Shown piece after piece: positions 53,701 through 62,751 of a stretch of 64,000 nucleotides of DNA. The number at the start of each line of letters is the position of its first letter. The stretch's first letter is position 1. This DNA is from an uncultured Gemmataceae bacterium (GTDB lineage: Bacteria > Planctomycetota > Planctomycetia > Gemmatales > Gemmataceae): the NCBI GenBank assembly GCA_963750165.1, contig CAVVPN010000004.1:960001-1024000 (forward strand), read 5' to 3'. Under the pieces are notes generated by a model. It worked only from the letters and a program-made list of their open reading frames with translations. It was not told the origin of the DNA and did no database searches. Made by a program: the position numbers and the translations under genes.

Positions 53701-55030
53701 GGCATCGCCGGCGCTGACGCGCGGCCTGCTGGAGGCGCTGGGTCAGTCGCGTGCGGAGGAAGTCGCGGCCGCCGTCGTCAAGCGCTGGGGCCAGCTGACG
53801 CCCGCGACGCGGCCGGCGGCGCTGACGCTGCTGCTGCGGCGGCCGGCGTGGACGAAAACGCTGCTCGGGGCGCTGGAAAAAGGCACCATCGACCGCAGCG
53901 ACCTGAGCATCGACCAGGTGCAGTTCCTGAGCCAGCACCCGGACAGGACGCTGGCGGCGCTGGCCGGCAAGGTGCTGGCGAGCAGCGGCCGCCTGCCCAG
54001 CGCCGACCGCAAGAAGGTGCTCGACGAGCTGCTGCCGCTGGTGAAAAAGAGCGGCGACAAGGTGCGCGGCCGGGCGGTCTTCGAGGCCAACTGCGCCAAG
54101 TGCCACCGTTTCGGCGACCTCGGCAACACCGTCGGCCCGGATCTGACCGGCATCGCCGTCCGCGCCCGGCCGGACATTCTGGTGGACATTCTCGATCCGA
54201 ATCGCTCCGTGGAGGGTAATTATCGCCAGTACACGGTGACGACCACGAACGGCGTCATCCTCAACGGTCTGCTGGCGGCGGAGACGAACACGGCCATCGA
54301 ACTGCTCGACGGCGAGGGCAAGAAGCACGTCCTGCTGCGCGAGGACATCGACAGGCTGACCAGCTCGAAACTGTCGCTGATGCCGGAGGGGTTCGAGAAA
54401 TTGCCGGCGGACGACCTGGTGTCGCTGCTGGACTTCCTGAGTGCCCGCAGCAAATATCTGCCGCTGCCGCTGAGCAAGGCCGCGACCATCACGAGCGTCA
54501 AGGGCATGTTCATCAGCCCGGACGGCGACGAGCAGCGGCTGATTTTCAAGAAGTGGGGGCCGCAGACGGCGTTCGGCGTGCCGTTCCAGGTGATTGACCC
54601 GCGCGGCGGTTCCATCCCGAACGCGATTTTGCTGTACGGCCCCAATGGCGCGGTGTCGAAAAAGATGCCAAAGTCGGCGTCGGTGGACTGCAACGCCCCG
54701 GCGAAGGCGATCCACCTGCTCAGCGGCGTCAGCGGTTGGGGTTACCCCTACAGCAAGAAGGGCACGCTGTCGATGATCGTGCGGCTGCACTACGCCGACG
54801 GCAAGACGGAGGACCACGAGCTGCTGAACGGTGTGCATTTCGCGGACTACATCCGCGAGGTGGACGTGCCGGAGTCGAAACTGGCGTTTCGGCTGCGCGG
54901 CCAGCAGTTGCGTTACCTCACGGTCACGCCGAAGCGCGACGCGGTGATCGCGCGCATTGAGTTCGTCAAGGGGACGGATAATACCGCGCCGCTGGTCATG
55001 GCGGTGACGGTCGAGGGCCGCGAACAGTGA
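50720..55030 (+). CDS. PVC-type haem-binding CxxCH protein (ThuA + dehydrogenase-like propeller + HEAT + cytochrome c + C-terminal beta domain)
   Basis: GRVFYTALGH, LPEGFE..AEP..WDEKGRLW, GPDGALWVIDWY, HGRIYR, CAKCH..GPDL, SLMPEG. Confidence 0.9.
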   Translation: MTCWHRPAGLLAALILAALVNSLAAQAPQAPQPQQPGKLKVLLLGDTGHHRPAVFAKILTAALAKQGIDIDYTADVADLTRARLAKYDALAIFRDSGNLPATNEAALLEFIEGGKGLVAIHCASHCFRNSDRYTALVGGRFKSHKTGVFRTRILDAQHPAMLGVKTFESWDETYLHDQVAKDIRVLMVREELGGYEPYTWVRDQGKGRVFYTALGHDERTWKVPGFQALLARGLRWAAGHAMQKKDLKPFEYVEAKIPIYRPKKGAKSEKLLMQLPLEPAESMKHFHLPEGFEIQLYAAEPDIARPIAMAWDEKGRLWIAESVDYPNERKPAGAGRDRIKICEDTKGTGRADKFTVFADKLSIPTSLVFAEGGVIVTQAPHTLFLKSTKGDDKADERKILFSGWGTYDTHAGPSNLRRGLDNWIWGTVGYSGFNGTIGGRRYNFKQGVYRFKPDGSAFEFLTSTTNNTWGLGLAETGEVFASTANGMHSVHLGLPNRVFEGVGGWFGKGSGPIADHRRIHPVTDKVRQVDFHGGFTAAAGHAVYTARSFPRDFWDRAAFVCEPTGHLVHVNRLVPQGSGWVARDGYSILASDDEWTAPIMAEIGPDGALWVIDWYNYIVQHNPTPPGFKTGKGNAYDTPLRDKTHGRIYRIVYTGAGAKKSTQPKLDAADPRGLIDALAHENLFWRQTAQRLLVERGKDDVLPALAKLVRDERKDAGATHALWAMHGLRAFQDAKKSPWVAVAHAALKHPEPAARRAALGVLPRHPDSVVAIANANILQDSQAGVRREALIALSEMPESKAAAPALAALLLESRNANDRWIPQAATAAAARSPLAFLQAAAATKKSATGDAALVEAVRVVAGHLARQAPADAAPLLAALAAAPPAVADAMLTGLANGWPAGKTVKLETDAAAALGKLPATLSSNGLVRLTALVKRWGQQDKLTNLSAGLKGGLLAKVADEKLADDDRAAAACDLIGMADDAASAAKILEQINAQASPALTRGLLEALGQSRAEEVAAAVVKRWGQLTPATRPAALTLLLRRPAWTKTLLGALEKGTIDRSDLSIDQVQFLSQHPDRTLAALAGKVLASSGRLPSADRKKVLDELLPLVKKSGDKVRGRAVFEANCAKCHRFGDLGNTVGPDLTGIAVRARPDILVDILDPNRSVEGNYRQYTVTTTNGVILNGLLAAETNTAIELLDGEGKKHVLLREDIDRLTSSKLSLMPEGFEKLPADDLVSLLDFLSARSKYLPLPLSKAATITSVKGMFISPDGDEQRLIFKKWGPQTAFGVPFQVIDPRGGSIPNAILLYGPNGAVSKKMPKSASVDCNAPAKAIHLLSGVSGWGYPYSKKGTLSMIVRLHYADGKTEDHELLNGVHFADYIREVDVPESKLAFRLRGQQLRYLTVTPKRDAVIARIEFVKGTDNTAPLVMAVTVEGREQ

Positions 55031-55057
55031 TCGCGTCTGCAAGTGGTTGAGAACGCC

Positions 55058-55134
55058 CGAACCCCGGGAGTCCCGTTTACAGTTTCGCGCGGATGCTACC
55101 CGCGCGAAACTGTAAACGGGACTCCCGGGGTTCG
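55058..55134. repeat. 35-bp perfect inverted repeat (family H)
   Basis: cgaaccccgggagtcccgtttacagtttcgcgcgg, 7-nt loop, reverse complement. Confidence 0.9.
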
Positions 55135-55163
55135 TGATTCCCAGCGAACCTTGTGGTTTCCCA

Positions 55164-55487
55164 TCACGGCCCCATGCCACCGTGGACGCGCTGATAGGTC
55201 ATGTGCGAGGGCTGGTCGTTCATCCAGAAGCGCCGCCATTCGTCATGGATTTGCCGCAGATCCTCCGACTGATAAAGCAACTGTTGCATCTGCACCGCCG
55301 CAGTCGGTTCAGTCAGCGACTGAATCCAGTCATTCCACCAACTCTGGCCCGCCGGTTCCTGGTCGCCGGTGCGAACCCCCTCGCACTGAAAGAAACACTC
55401 CGTGACCCACCATTCCGCTGGTTCCGCCGGCCCGGTCTGCCCGGTCACCAGCTGCTGCACCAGCGCCAGCCACAACACGAACGCCAT
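55164..55487 (-). CDS. Small planctomycete-type hypothetical protein
   Basis: C-terminal LLYQSEDLRQIHDEWRRFWMNDQPSHMTYQRVHGG. Confidence 0.6.
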   Translation of the reverse strand: MAFVLWLALVQQLVTGQTGPAEPAEWWVTECFFQCEGVRTGDQEPAGQSWWNDWIQSLTEPTAAVQMQQLLYQSEDLRQIHDEWRRFWMNDQPSHMTYQRVHGGMGP

Positions 55488-55748
55488 GTCTCGCCCCCCG
55501 CGTTGGGGTAAACGCCCCCAGCGTGCGCACGCCCGAGAGTCGCTCACCGTTGCCCGGTTCCACCCTGGATTGAGTGAATCCGCATACGCAAGGAGGCCAT
55601 CGCTGTCAAGAGCTATTTCCGCCGTGGAAAGCTGTACCCGTTGCGGTCAGTCATGGCGACCGCGCCGCCTGCGGGTGGTAAACGTCGGCCAGCAGGACAG
55701 TTCCGTCACGCATCGGGACGGCCACGCCCCGCTCGACGGTGCAGGGGC

Positions 55749-55778
55749 TTGACGGTGCGGCGGTCGGGTTCATAGAAT
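55749..55778 (+). promoter_or_regulatory. Upstream sigma70-type promoter
   Basis: TTGACG-18-TAGAAT. Confidence 0.5.
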
Positions 55779-55868
55779 CGCTTTGTGGGCAAGAATGCGG
55801 GAAAGCGACCGCAGTTTACCGGCCCTGGCGTTGGGCACAACAAAAAAGCAAGATTTTACTTTTTCCCG

Positions 55869-55896
55869 TTGACAGGCGCCTGGGCGCTCCTATAAT
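55869..55896 (+). promoter_or_regulatory. Consensus sigma70 promoter for the tRNA cluster
   Basis: TTGACA-16-TATAAT with A/T tracts upstream. Confidence 0.85.
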
Positions 55897-55945
55897 TTTC
55901 TCTGCGGCGGTGTTTGCCAGTAGTCCATCTTTCCAAAGACGGCTT

Positions 55946-55987
55946 ATGACGCAGCAAATTCGCACGACGATTTTTGAGGCAGGGTGA
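55946..55987 (+). CDS. Putative leader peptide MTQQIRTTIFEAG
   Basis: 13 codons, 5 of them Thr/Ile, between promoter and terminator; no strong SD. Confidence 0.4.
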   Translation: MTQQIRTTIFEAG

Positions 55988-56017
55988 ACGCTCTATCCTT
56001 TTCATGAGGCGGATAGG

Positions 56018-56051
56018 GCCAAACCTCTTCGGTTTGGCTTTTTTGTTTTTT
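56018..56051 (+). terminator. Intrinsic terminator upstream of tRNA-Ile
   Basis: gccaaacc-tcttc-ggtttggc followed by ttttttgtttttt. Confidence 0.75.
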
Positions 56052-56067
56052 CTGAGGTAGTGGAGAA

Positions 56068-56141
56068 GGGCGTATAGCTCAGTTGGCTAGAGCGCAGCTC
56101 TGATAAAGCTGAGGTCCTTGGTTCGAATCCAAGTACGCCCA
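56068..56141 (+). tRNA. tRNA-Ile(GAT)
   Basis: Cloverleaf, anticodon at 56102-56104, GGTTCGAATCC T-arm; CCA not encoded. Confidence 0.95.
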
Positions 56142-56161
56142 TTGCGGTCCAGGCGACGAAC

Positions 56162-56234
56162 GGGGATGTAGCTCAGCTGGGAGAGCGCCGGTTTTGCAAG
56201 CCGGAGGCCACGGGTTCGAGCCCCGTCATCTCCA
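56162..56234 (+). tRNA. tRNA-Ala(TGC)
   Basis: Cloverleaf, anticodon at 56195-56197, G3:U70 pair. Confidence 0.95.
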
Positions 56235-56281
56235 CAAAAAACGGTTGTGCCGGATATTTTGAAAATTCCGCGAAAGATGGA

Positions 56282-56310
56282 TTGACAGGGCTGGTGGTCG
56301 CGAGTAAATT
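56282..56310 (+). promoter_or_regulatory. Separate promoter for 23S-5S
   Basis: TTGACA-17-TAAATT; boxA-like tgttctttgacaa at 56514-56526. Confidence 0.65.
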
Positions 56311-57762
56311 AATGATGTAAGTTGTTTGATAAAAACAACTTACAGCCGTTCGGGTTCCAGCTGGTTGCGAGTCGCTGCACCCCTTCCACAAGGGAAGATT
56401 TTGGTGCATCGACTCCTGATCAGCAGAACGTGCGGCGACCCAATGCGTGGTTGCCAACGAACTGGTGAGGGCCTTCGGGCCAGCGTAATCCTGCTGGGAT
56501 TACGTCGGGAGTTTGTTCTTTGACAATTCGGTAGCGGTAAGAGTTGCAACTCACATAGAGCGCAAAGCGCTCACGTCTGGAACGCAAGTTCTAGGCGTGA
56601 AACTTTGCAGTTTCTTTGAGTCTCTGCAAGAGCCCTTAGAGAGAAAGGATCGTTACTTTCCCCTCAACTCTGGATCAGGGTTGGGGGACGGTAGCGGACG
56701 CGATCGCTCTTGGGCGGGGGGCACCCGCCGAGGAAACGATCAATGCGGCCAAGCTACTAAGGGCGTGTGGGGGATGTCTAGGCGCCAGGAGGCGATGAAG
56801 GGCGTGGAAGACTGCGATAAGCCCGGGGGAGCTGTCAAACGAGCGTTGATCCCGGGATCCCTGAATTAGCGTCCGCTGAATCCATAGGCGTACGCGGCAA
56901 ACGGGGGGAACTGAAACATCTCAGTACCCCTAGGAGAGGAAAGCAACCGCGACTCCGTCAGTAGCGGCGAGCGAAAGCGGATCAGCCCAAACCACCGGGA
57001 CATGTCCCGGCGGGGTTGTAGGACCGGACATATGGGAGTTACCAAGTTCTTGTTTAGCGGAACGATCTGGAACGTTCGACCATAGCGGGTGACAGTCCCG
57101 TACGCGACAGACAAGGACCTCCCGTTCGGCACCTGAGTAGAACCGGACACGTGAAAGCCGGTCTGAATCTGCGGGGCCCATCCCGCAAGGCTAAGTACTC
57201 CCTGGCGACCGATAGTGGACCAAGTAGCGCGAGCGAAAGATGGGAAGAACCCCTACCAGGGGAGGATAGTGAACCTGAAACCACATGCCTACAAGCGGTC
57301 GGAGCCCGACTGGACCCGCAAGGGTCCTGGGGTGACGGCGTGCCTTTTGCATAATGATCCGGCGACTTACCGTCACCAGCAAGGTTAAGCGCCTGTGGCG
57401 CGGAGCCGAAGCGAAAGCGAGTCCGAACAGGGCGTGCAGTTGGGGGCGGTAGACGCGAAACCACGTGAACTACGCATGGGCAGGATGAAGGGCGGGTAAC
57501 ACCACCTGGAGGTCCGAACTCACTAGTGTTGAAAAACTAGGGGATGACCTGTGTGGAGGATTGAAAGTATCATCAAACGTGGAGATAGCTCGTTCTCTCC
57601 GAAATAACTTTAGGGTTAACGTCTCATTAGTTGGCAAGGGGGGTAGAGCGACTGAATTCGGCAGGGGGCCTACCCGGTTACCCTCCGAAACCAAACTCCG
57701 AATACCCTTGTTCAAGGTGGGGCAGCTAGACGGCGGGGGATAAGCTTCGTCGTCGAGAGGGG

Positions 57763-57795
<33 letters not shown>

Positions 57796-57836
57796 CATGC
57801 TCAGTGCGAAAGGAAGTTGGACTCCGGTGACAGCCA

Positions 57837-57886
<50 letters not shown>

Positions 57887-58634
57887 TGGTCGAGGAGTCC
57901 TGCGCCGATAATGAACGGGACTAAGCATGACACCGAAGCAGCGGGTAGCGTAAGCTACGGTAGGAGAGCGTTGTAGCAGCCCGTGAAGGCGGACAGATAA
58001 TGACCGCTGGAGGTTCTACAAGTGATCATGCCGGAACGAGTAACGATAAAACGGGTGAGAATCCCGTTCGCCGAAAGCCTAAGGTTTCCTGGGGAAGGTA
58101 AATCCGCCCAGGGTTAGTCGGACCCTAACGCGAGGCCGAAAGGCGTAGCGGATGGACGGCAGGTTAATATTCCTGCACCACCTACGAAGGTTGATGGCGT
58201 CAGGACGCAGTACCGAAGGAGAGCACCCGGTCAGAAGTGGGTGTGCCGCAAGGCCGAGGCCGTATACGATGCCAAAGTCTTCGGAAGTCCTGACAAGAAA
58301 AGCCGACGCCGGACGACGTAGGTGCCCGTACTAAAACTGACACAGGTAGGCGAGATGAAGATTCTAAGGCGCTCGAGAGAACGCTCGTGAAGGAACTCGG
58401 CAAATTAACCCCGTAACTTCGGGATAAGGGGTGCCCTTGGCCTTGTTAAAGGGGCTGGGGGCCGCAGAGAAATGGATCTGGCGACTGTTTACTAAAAACA
58501 CAGGTCTCTGCCAACGCGCAAGCGGATGTATAGAGACTGACGCCTGCCCGGTGTCGGTAAGTTAAGGAAGAGGGTTAGCCAGTTTACTGGTGAAGCTCGC
58601 AACCGAAGCTCCGATAAACGGCGGCCGTAACTAT

Positions 58635-59370
58635 GAACCACTCGTAGTTATAAAATCTGGCTAAATGCTGGAACCCCTGAGTATCCGCTGGTACTCGCCC
58701 CGCCCAGGGGCAGTGACAATCCAGGCGGTGCAGGCAATCAGCAGGAAAGGCCGGTGTGCTGGATGCTGTTCGTGGATCGAATCCCTGAGTCCGTCGGTTA
58801 CTACTTTGCTGGTTTCGTGGATGGCGAAGGAAGCTTTAACATCAGCTTCCGCAAGCGACCCGACTACAGAATCCCTTGGAAAGTTTCGTTGTGCTTGAAC
58901 GTGTCCCAGAAAGACCGTTCAATCCTGGCCTTGCTCAAGGATCATCTTGAGTGCGGCACGATTCGTTACAAGTGTGACGATGTCTGGTTCTTCGAGGTGA
59001 ACAACCTCGTCTCCATTCACGGAAACGTCATCCCTTTCTTTGAACGCTTTCGCTTCCTATCCGCCAAGAAGAAACGCGATTTCGCGATCTTCAAGCGGAT
59101 GGCTAAACTTCTAGCTGAGGGAGCGCATCTGAACAAAGAAGGAATCGTCGAGTTACTTAAACTTCGACGGAAAATGAATGACGGCGGCAAACGCAAGTAC
59201 GACGATCAGGCGGTCTTGAATGCATTTGACATCCCGGAATCCTCAGAGACTATACGCCAGACCTCGGAAGCCAAAACTTCTGGGGATGATATAGTCCGAC
59301 CTGCATGGCGACATGCAGAGCTGGGCAGAAATGACCCGGCCCAACCTGCTCAAGGTTGAGTAACAACGTG
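58635..59370 (+). mobile_element. Group I intron at position 1917 (IB-like), 736 nt
   Basis: Exon gccgtaactat^gacggtcc; IGS gtagtta; aatgctggaa, aatcagcagg, cagagacta, gatatagtcc; ends in G. Confidence 0.92.
58763..59359 (+). CDS. Single-motif LAGLIDADG homing endonuclease
   Basis: YFAGFVDGEGSF, VSQK, VIPFFE, K..DF; AGGAAAGG upstream; alternative GTG start at 58754. Confidence 0.92.
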   Translation: MLFVDRIPESVGYYFAGFVDGEGSFNISFRKRPDYRIPWKVSLCLNVSQKDRSILALLKDHLECGTIRYKCDDVWFFEVNNLVSIHGNVIPFFERFRFLSAKKKRDFAIFKRMAKLLAEGAHLNKEGIVELLKLRRKMNDGGKRKYDDQAVLNAFDIPESSETIRQTSEAKTSGDDIVRPAWRHAELGRNDPAQPAQG

Positions 59371-59404
59371 GACGGTCCTAAGGTAGCGAAGTTCCTTGTC
59401 GGGT

Positions 59405-59674
59405 AAGTAACATTGCCCGGGGCAAGAGCGATCTTGTCCATTCAACCGGCTCAAATCGGTGGAGCCCTCCCGGCACTTGCAGGAGTGTCGCGGGTAATAC
59501 CGAGGGTAAGATTGCCCCAGCAATCCCCGTAACGACTCAGGGGTGAGATCCCTGGATGAAGCTTCCTGGCTTCATAATACGCCGGCCCTGACGACGCCCA
59601 ACGGTATGATCTTCTCAGTCATCCGCGTCAGGTGAACGTATAGTCTACGCCACGGGAAACCGTGGACAAGCGTG
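59405..59674 (+). mobile_element. ORF-less group I intron at position 1951, 270 nt
   Basis: Exon gtcgggt^aagttccgacc; IGS gcccg; P7 gact/agtc; ends in G. Confidence 0.9.
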
Positions 59675-59705
<31 letters not shown>

Positions 59706-60153
59706 CGGATCACTGTCTCCACGAGCGACTCGGTGAAACTGTAGTAGTCGTGAAGATGCGACTTCCCCGCAACTAGACGGAAAGACCCCGTGAACCTTTA
59801 CTGCAGCTTAGTATTGGGCTTAGGCCCAGCATGCGTAGCGTAGGTGGGAGCCTGTGAACCGTGATCTCCGGATCATGGGGAGGCGACAAATGAAACACCA
59901 CCCTTGTTGTGCTTGAGTTCTAACCCCGACCCGTGAACCCGGGCGGCGGACAGTGCTAAGTGGGCAGTTTGACTGGGGCGGTCTCCTCCTAAAAGGTAAC
60001 GGAGGAGTTCAAAGGTACCCTCAGCCCGGTCGGCAATCGGGCAGCGAGCGTAAAGGTAGAAGGGTGCTTGACTGCGAGTCCCATCAGACGAGCAGGTGCG
60101 AAAGCAGGACTTAGTGATCCGGCGGTGCTGGATGGAAAGGCCGTCGCTCAACA

Positions 60154-60189
<36 letters not shown>

Positions 60190-60225
60190 TCTGAGCGTTC
60201 ACAGCGGCGAGGAGGTTTGGCACCT

Positions 60226-60520
60226 TAACACATCGGGGTGCTGCGGCAGCAATGCCGTACCAACAAATCGGCTTATAACGGTGGACCCGTCCGTGGTGCT
60301 GTGATTGACCACACCACGCGGCAACACCGTGGGAAGTCTAACGTCAATTTGATTGACGGATGACCCCGTAACGACTGAGTCGAAAGACGAGAGTTTCCCG
60401 ATTCGGGAAGCTAATACGCCGACGCCTGCCAGCCCAAGTCAGGTTATGATCCGAGAGGATCTACGACCGACGGCAGGATGATGATATAGTCTACGCCACG
60501 AGAAACCGTGGAATTTGGTA
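60226..60520 (+). mobile_element. ORF-less group I intron at position 2500, 295 nt, last base A
   Basis: Exon ggcacct^cgatgtcggc; IGS gggtgc, P10 acatcg; P7 gactg/tagtc. Confidence 0.9.
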
Positions 60521-60591
60521 CGATGTCGGCTCATCGCATCCTGGGGGTGGAGAAGCTCCCAAGGGTTTGGCTGTTCGCCAATGAAAGCGGT

Positions 60592-60629
<38 letters not shown>

Positions 60630-61019
60630 CCCTATCTGTTGTGGGCGCAGGAAGCTTGAGCGGTTCTCTCCCTAGTACGAGAGGATTGGGAGGGACGTAC
60701 CTCTGGTGTGCCAGTTGTCGCGCTAGCGGCACGGCTGGGTAGCCAACGTACGGCCGGGATAAACGCTGAAGGCATATAAGCGTGAAACCCCCCGCAAGAT
60801 GAGGCTTCCCTCTGCTTTACGCAGTGAAGGCTCCCGGAAGACCACCGGGTCGATAGGTCGGGTGTGTAAGACGGGCAACCGTCTCAGCTAACCGATACTA
60901 ACAGCCGAGCGCTTGACCGCATTGATCCTTTGCTCGGCGGCGCGTGGGTATGCCTCACGCCCCCAGCCCAAAGGGCCTTGCAGATCGCAATCTCTTATCG
61001 CTACCAATTGATATACGGC

Positions 61020-61117
61020 TAGTCATTAGTCATTAGTCATTAGTCGTTAGTTATCGAGGTTTCGGCCCTGGGCTGCGACCTAAATAGCTAAAGATTAGGG
61101 ACTAATGACTAAGGACT
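61020..61117. repeat. Inverted heptamer tandem repeats in the 23S-5S spacer
   Basis: (tagtcat)x3+tagtcgt and gactaatgactaaggact. Confidence 0.75.
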
Positions 61118-61129
61118 GGCGATGTGACT

Positions 61130-61239
61130 TTCCGGTGAGCATACCTGAGTGGATACACCCGTTCCCATTCCGAACACGGCCGTTAAGCACTCTGGGCCCA
61201 TGGTAGTGTGTAAAACGCGAGAGTAGGTCATCGCCGGAA
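61130..61239 (+). rRNA. rrf: 5S rRNA
   Basis: cccattccgaacac, gagagtaggt, paired termini. Confidence 0.95.
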
Positions 61240-61246
61240 TTATTTA

Positions 61247-61282
61247 AGCCCGCTGGGATTTCCCAGCGGGCTTCTGTTTTTT
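61247..61282 (+). terminator. rRNA operon terminator
   Basis: agcccgctggga-tt-tcccagcgggct followed by a T-rich tail. Confidence 0.85.
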
Positions 61283-61368
61283 CCACACCCCGAAAAATCT
61301 GTCAGCTGGGCGGTTTTTGTGCTACCTTGAGGGCGACAACTTCGCTCTCTCCCGGAGGCACACCGTTC

Positions 61369-62325
61369 ATGACCCCCTCTGAAGTGCTCTGCGCCGGCAT
61401 CATCGTCGCCGACCACGTTTGCTCCCCCATCCCGCACGTGCCCGCGGCCGGCGAACTCGTGATGACCGACCGCATGCTGTTGACCAGCGGTGGCTGCGCC
61501 GCCAACGCGGCGGTCGATCTGGCGAAAATGGGCGTGCGCGCCGCGGTCGTCGGCCGCGTCGGTGGCGATGTCTTCGGCCGCGTCGTGGCGGAAATGCTCG
61601 GGCAGACCGGCGTTGACGTGTCCGCCCTCCGCGTCAGCCCCGATGCCGAAACCAGTCAAACACTCATCGTCAACGTCCAGGGCCAGGACCGGCGCTTTAT
61701 CCACACCTTCGGCGCCAACGCCGCCTTCAGCGCCGCCGACATCCCGCTGGATCGCGTCCGCCGCTGCCGTGTCCTGTACGTCGGCGGCTACCTGCTCATG
61801 CCGAACCTCCGCCAGGAAGACCTGGTGCCCGTCTTCACCGCCGCCCGCCAGGCCGGCGCCCGCACTGTCCTCGACGTGGCTGTGCCGGGACGCGAAAATT
61901 ACCTGGCCCGCCTGGAAAAACTGCTGCCGCTCGTGGATGTGTTCCTGCCCAACAATCACGAGGCCGAGGTGATTACCGGCGAAGCCGACCCGCTGCGCCA
62001 GGCGGAGGTATTTCGGCAACTGGGCGTCGGCACCAGCGTCATCACGCTGGGCGCCGACGGGGCGGTGCTGATGCAGGGCGATCTGCGACTGCGTTCGGGA
62101 GTGTATGCGGTGCCCTACGTGGACGGCAGCGGCGGCGGCGACGCCTTCGACGCGGGCTACATCTACGGACTGCTGCGCGGTCTCGACGCCACGGAATGCC
62201 TGCGCGTCGCCAGCGCCCTGGGCGCGAGTTGCGTGCGGGCCATCGGCACCACCCCCGGCGTCTTCACCCGCGCCGAGTGCGAGGTCTTTCTCCAGGAGCA
62301 AACCCTACGCATCGAGCGGCTGTGA
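61369..62325 (+). CDS. PfkB-family carbohydrate kinase
   Basis: GGCAANAA, GRVGGDVFG, PNNHE, DGSGGGDAF. Confidence 0.9.
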   Translation: MTPSEVLCAGIIVADHVCSPIPHVPAAGELVMTDRMLLTSGGCAANAAVDLAKMGVRAAVVGRVGGDVFGRVVAEMLGQTGVDVSALRVSPDAETSQTLIVNVQGQDRRFIHTFGANAAFSAADIPLDRVRRCRVLYVGGYLLMPNLRQEDLVPVFTAARQAGARTVLDVAVPGRENYLARLEKLLPLVDVFLPNNHEAEVITGEADPLRQAEVFRQLGVGTSVITLGADGAVLMQGDLRLRSGVYAVPYVDGSGGGDAFDAGYIYGLLRGLDATECLRVASALGASCVRAIGTTPGVFTRAECEVFLQEQTLRIERL

Positions 62326-62738
62326 CGGCGGGCCGCCGGCCAGGTGCGCCTCCAATCGGTCGATGAACGGCACCTGATCGGGGTGCAACAACTCGCGGGC
62401 CCGCGCAGCGCCACGAAACACGCCTGATCGACCTCCCACGACGCGCAGCGCGGCTGGGCGTCCTCCGGAGCGGGGCCGCCGAAGCAGTGGACCTGTTTGC
62501 GACTCTTCCGGTAGATGATGGAGCCCAGCGACACCAACGGCCCGGTCACGGCGACCGCGGTTTCCTCCAGCGTTTCGCGGCGAGCGGTCACCTCCAGGTT
62601 CGATTCACCCTCGTTGGGCATCCCCTTGGGAATGCTCCACGGCGCGCGGCGGTTGTAGCCGCCCGACGGATGGACCAGCAGCACCTCCAGGCCGTCCGGT
62701 CCCGAACGGTAGAGCAGCGTCCCTGCGGATTGCTTCAC
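62305..62738 (-). CDS. NUDIX hydrolase; frameshift near 62405
   Basis: KQSAGTLLYR, VLLVHP, WSIPKG..ARRETLEE, EVD; tail ARELLHPDQVPFIDRL in another frame. Confidence 0.75.
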
Positions 62739-62751
62739 GATGGGCCTCCCT

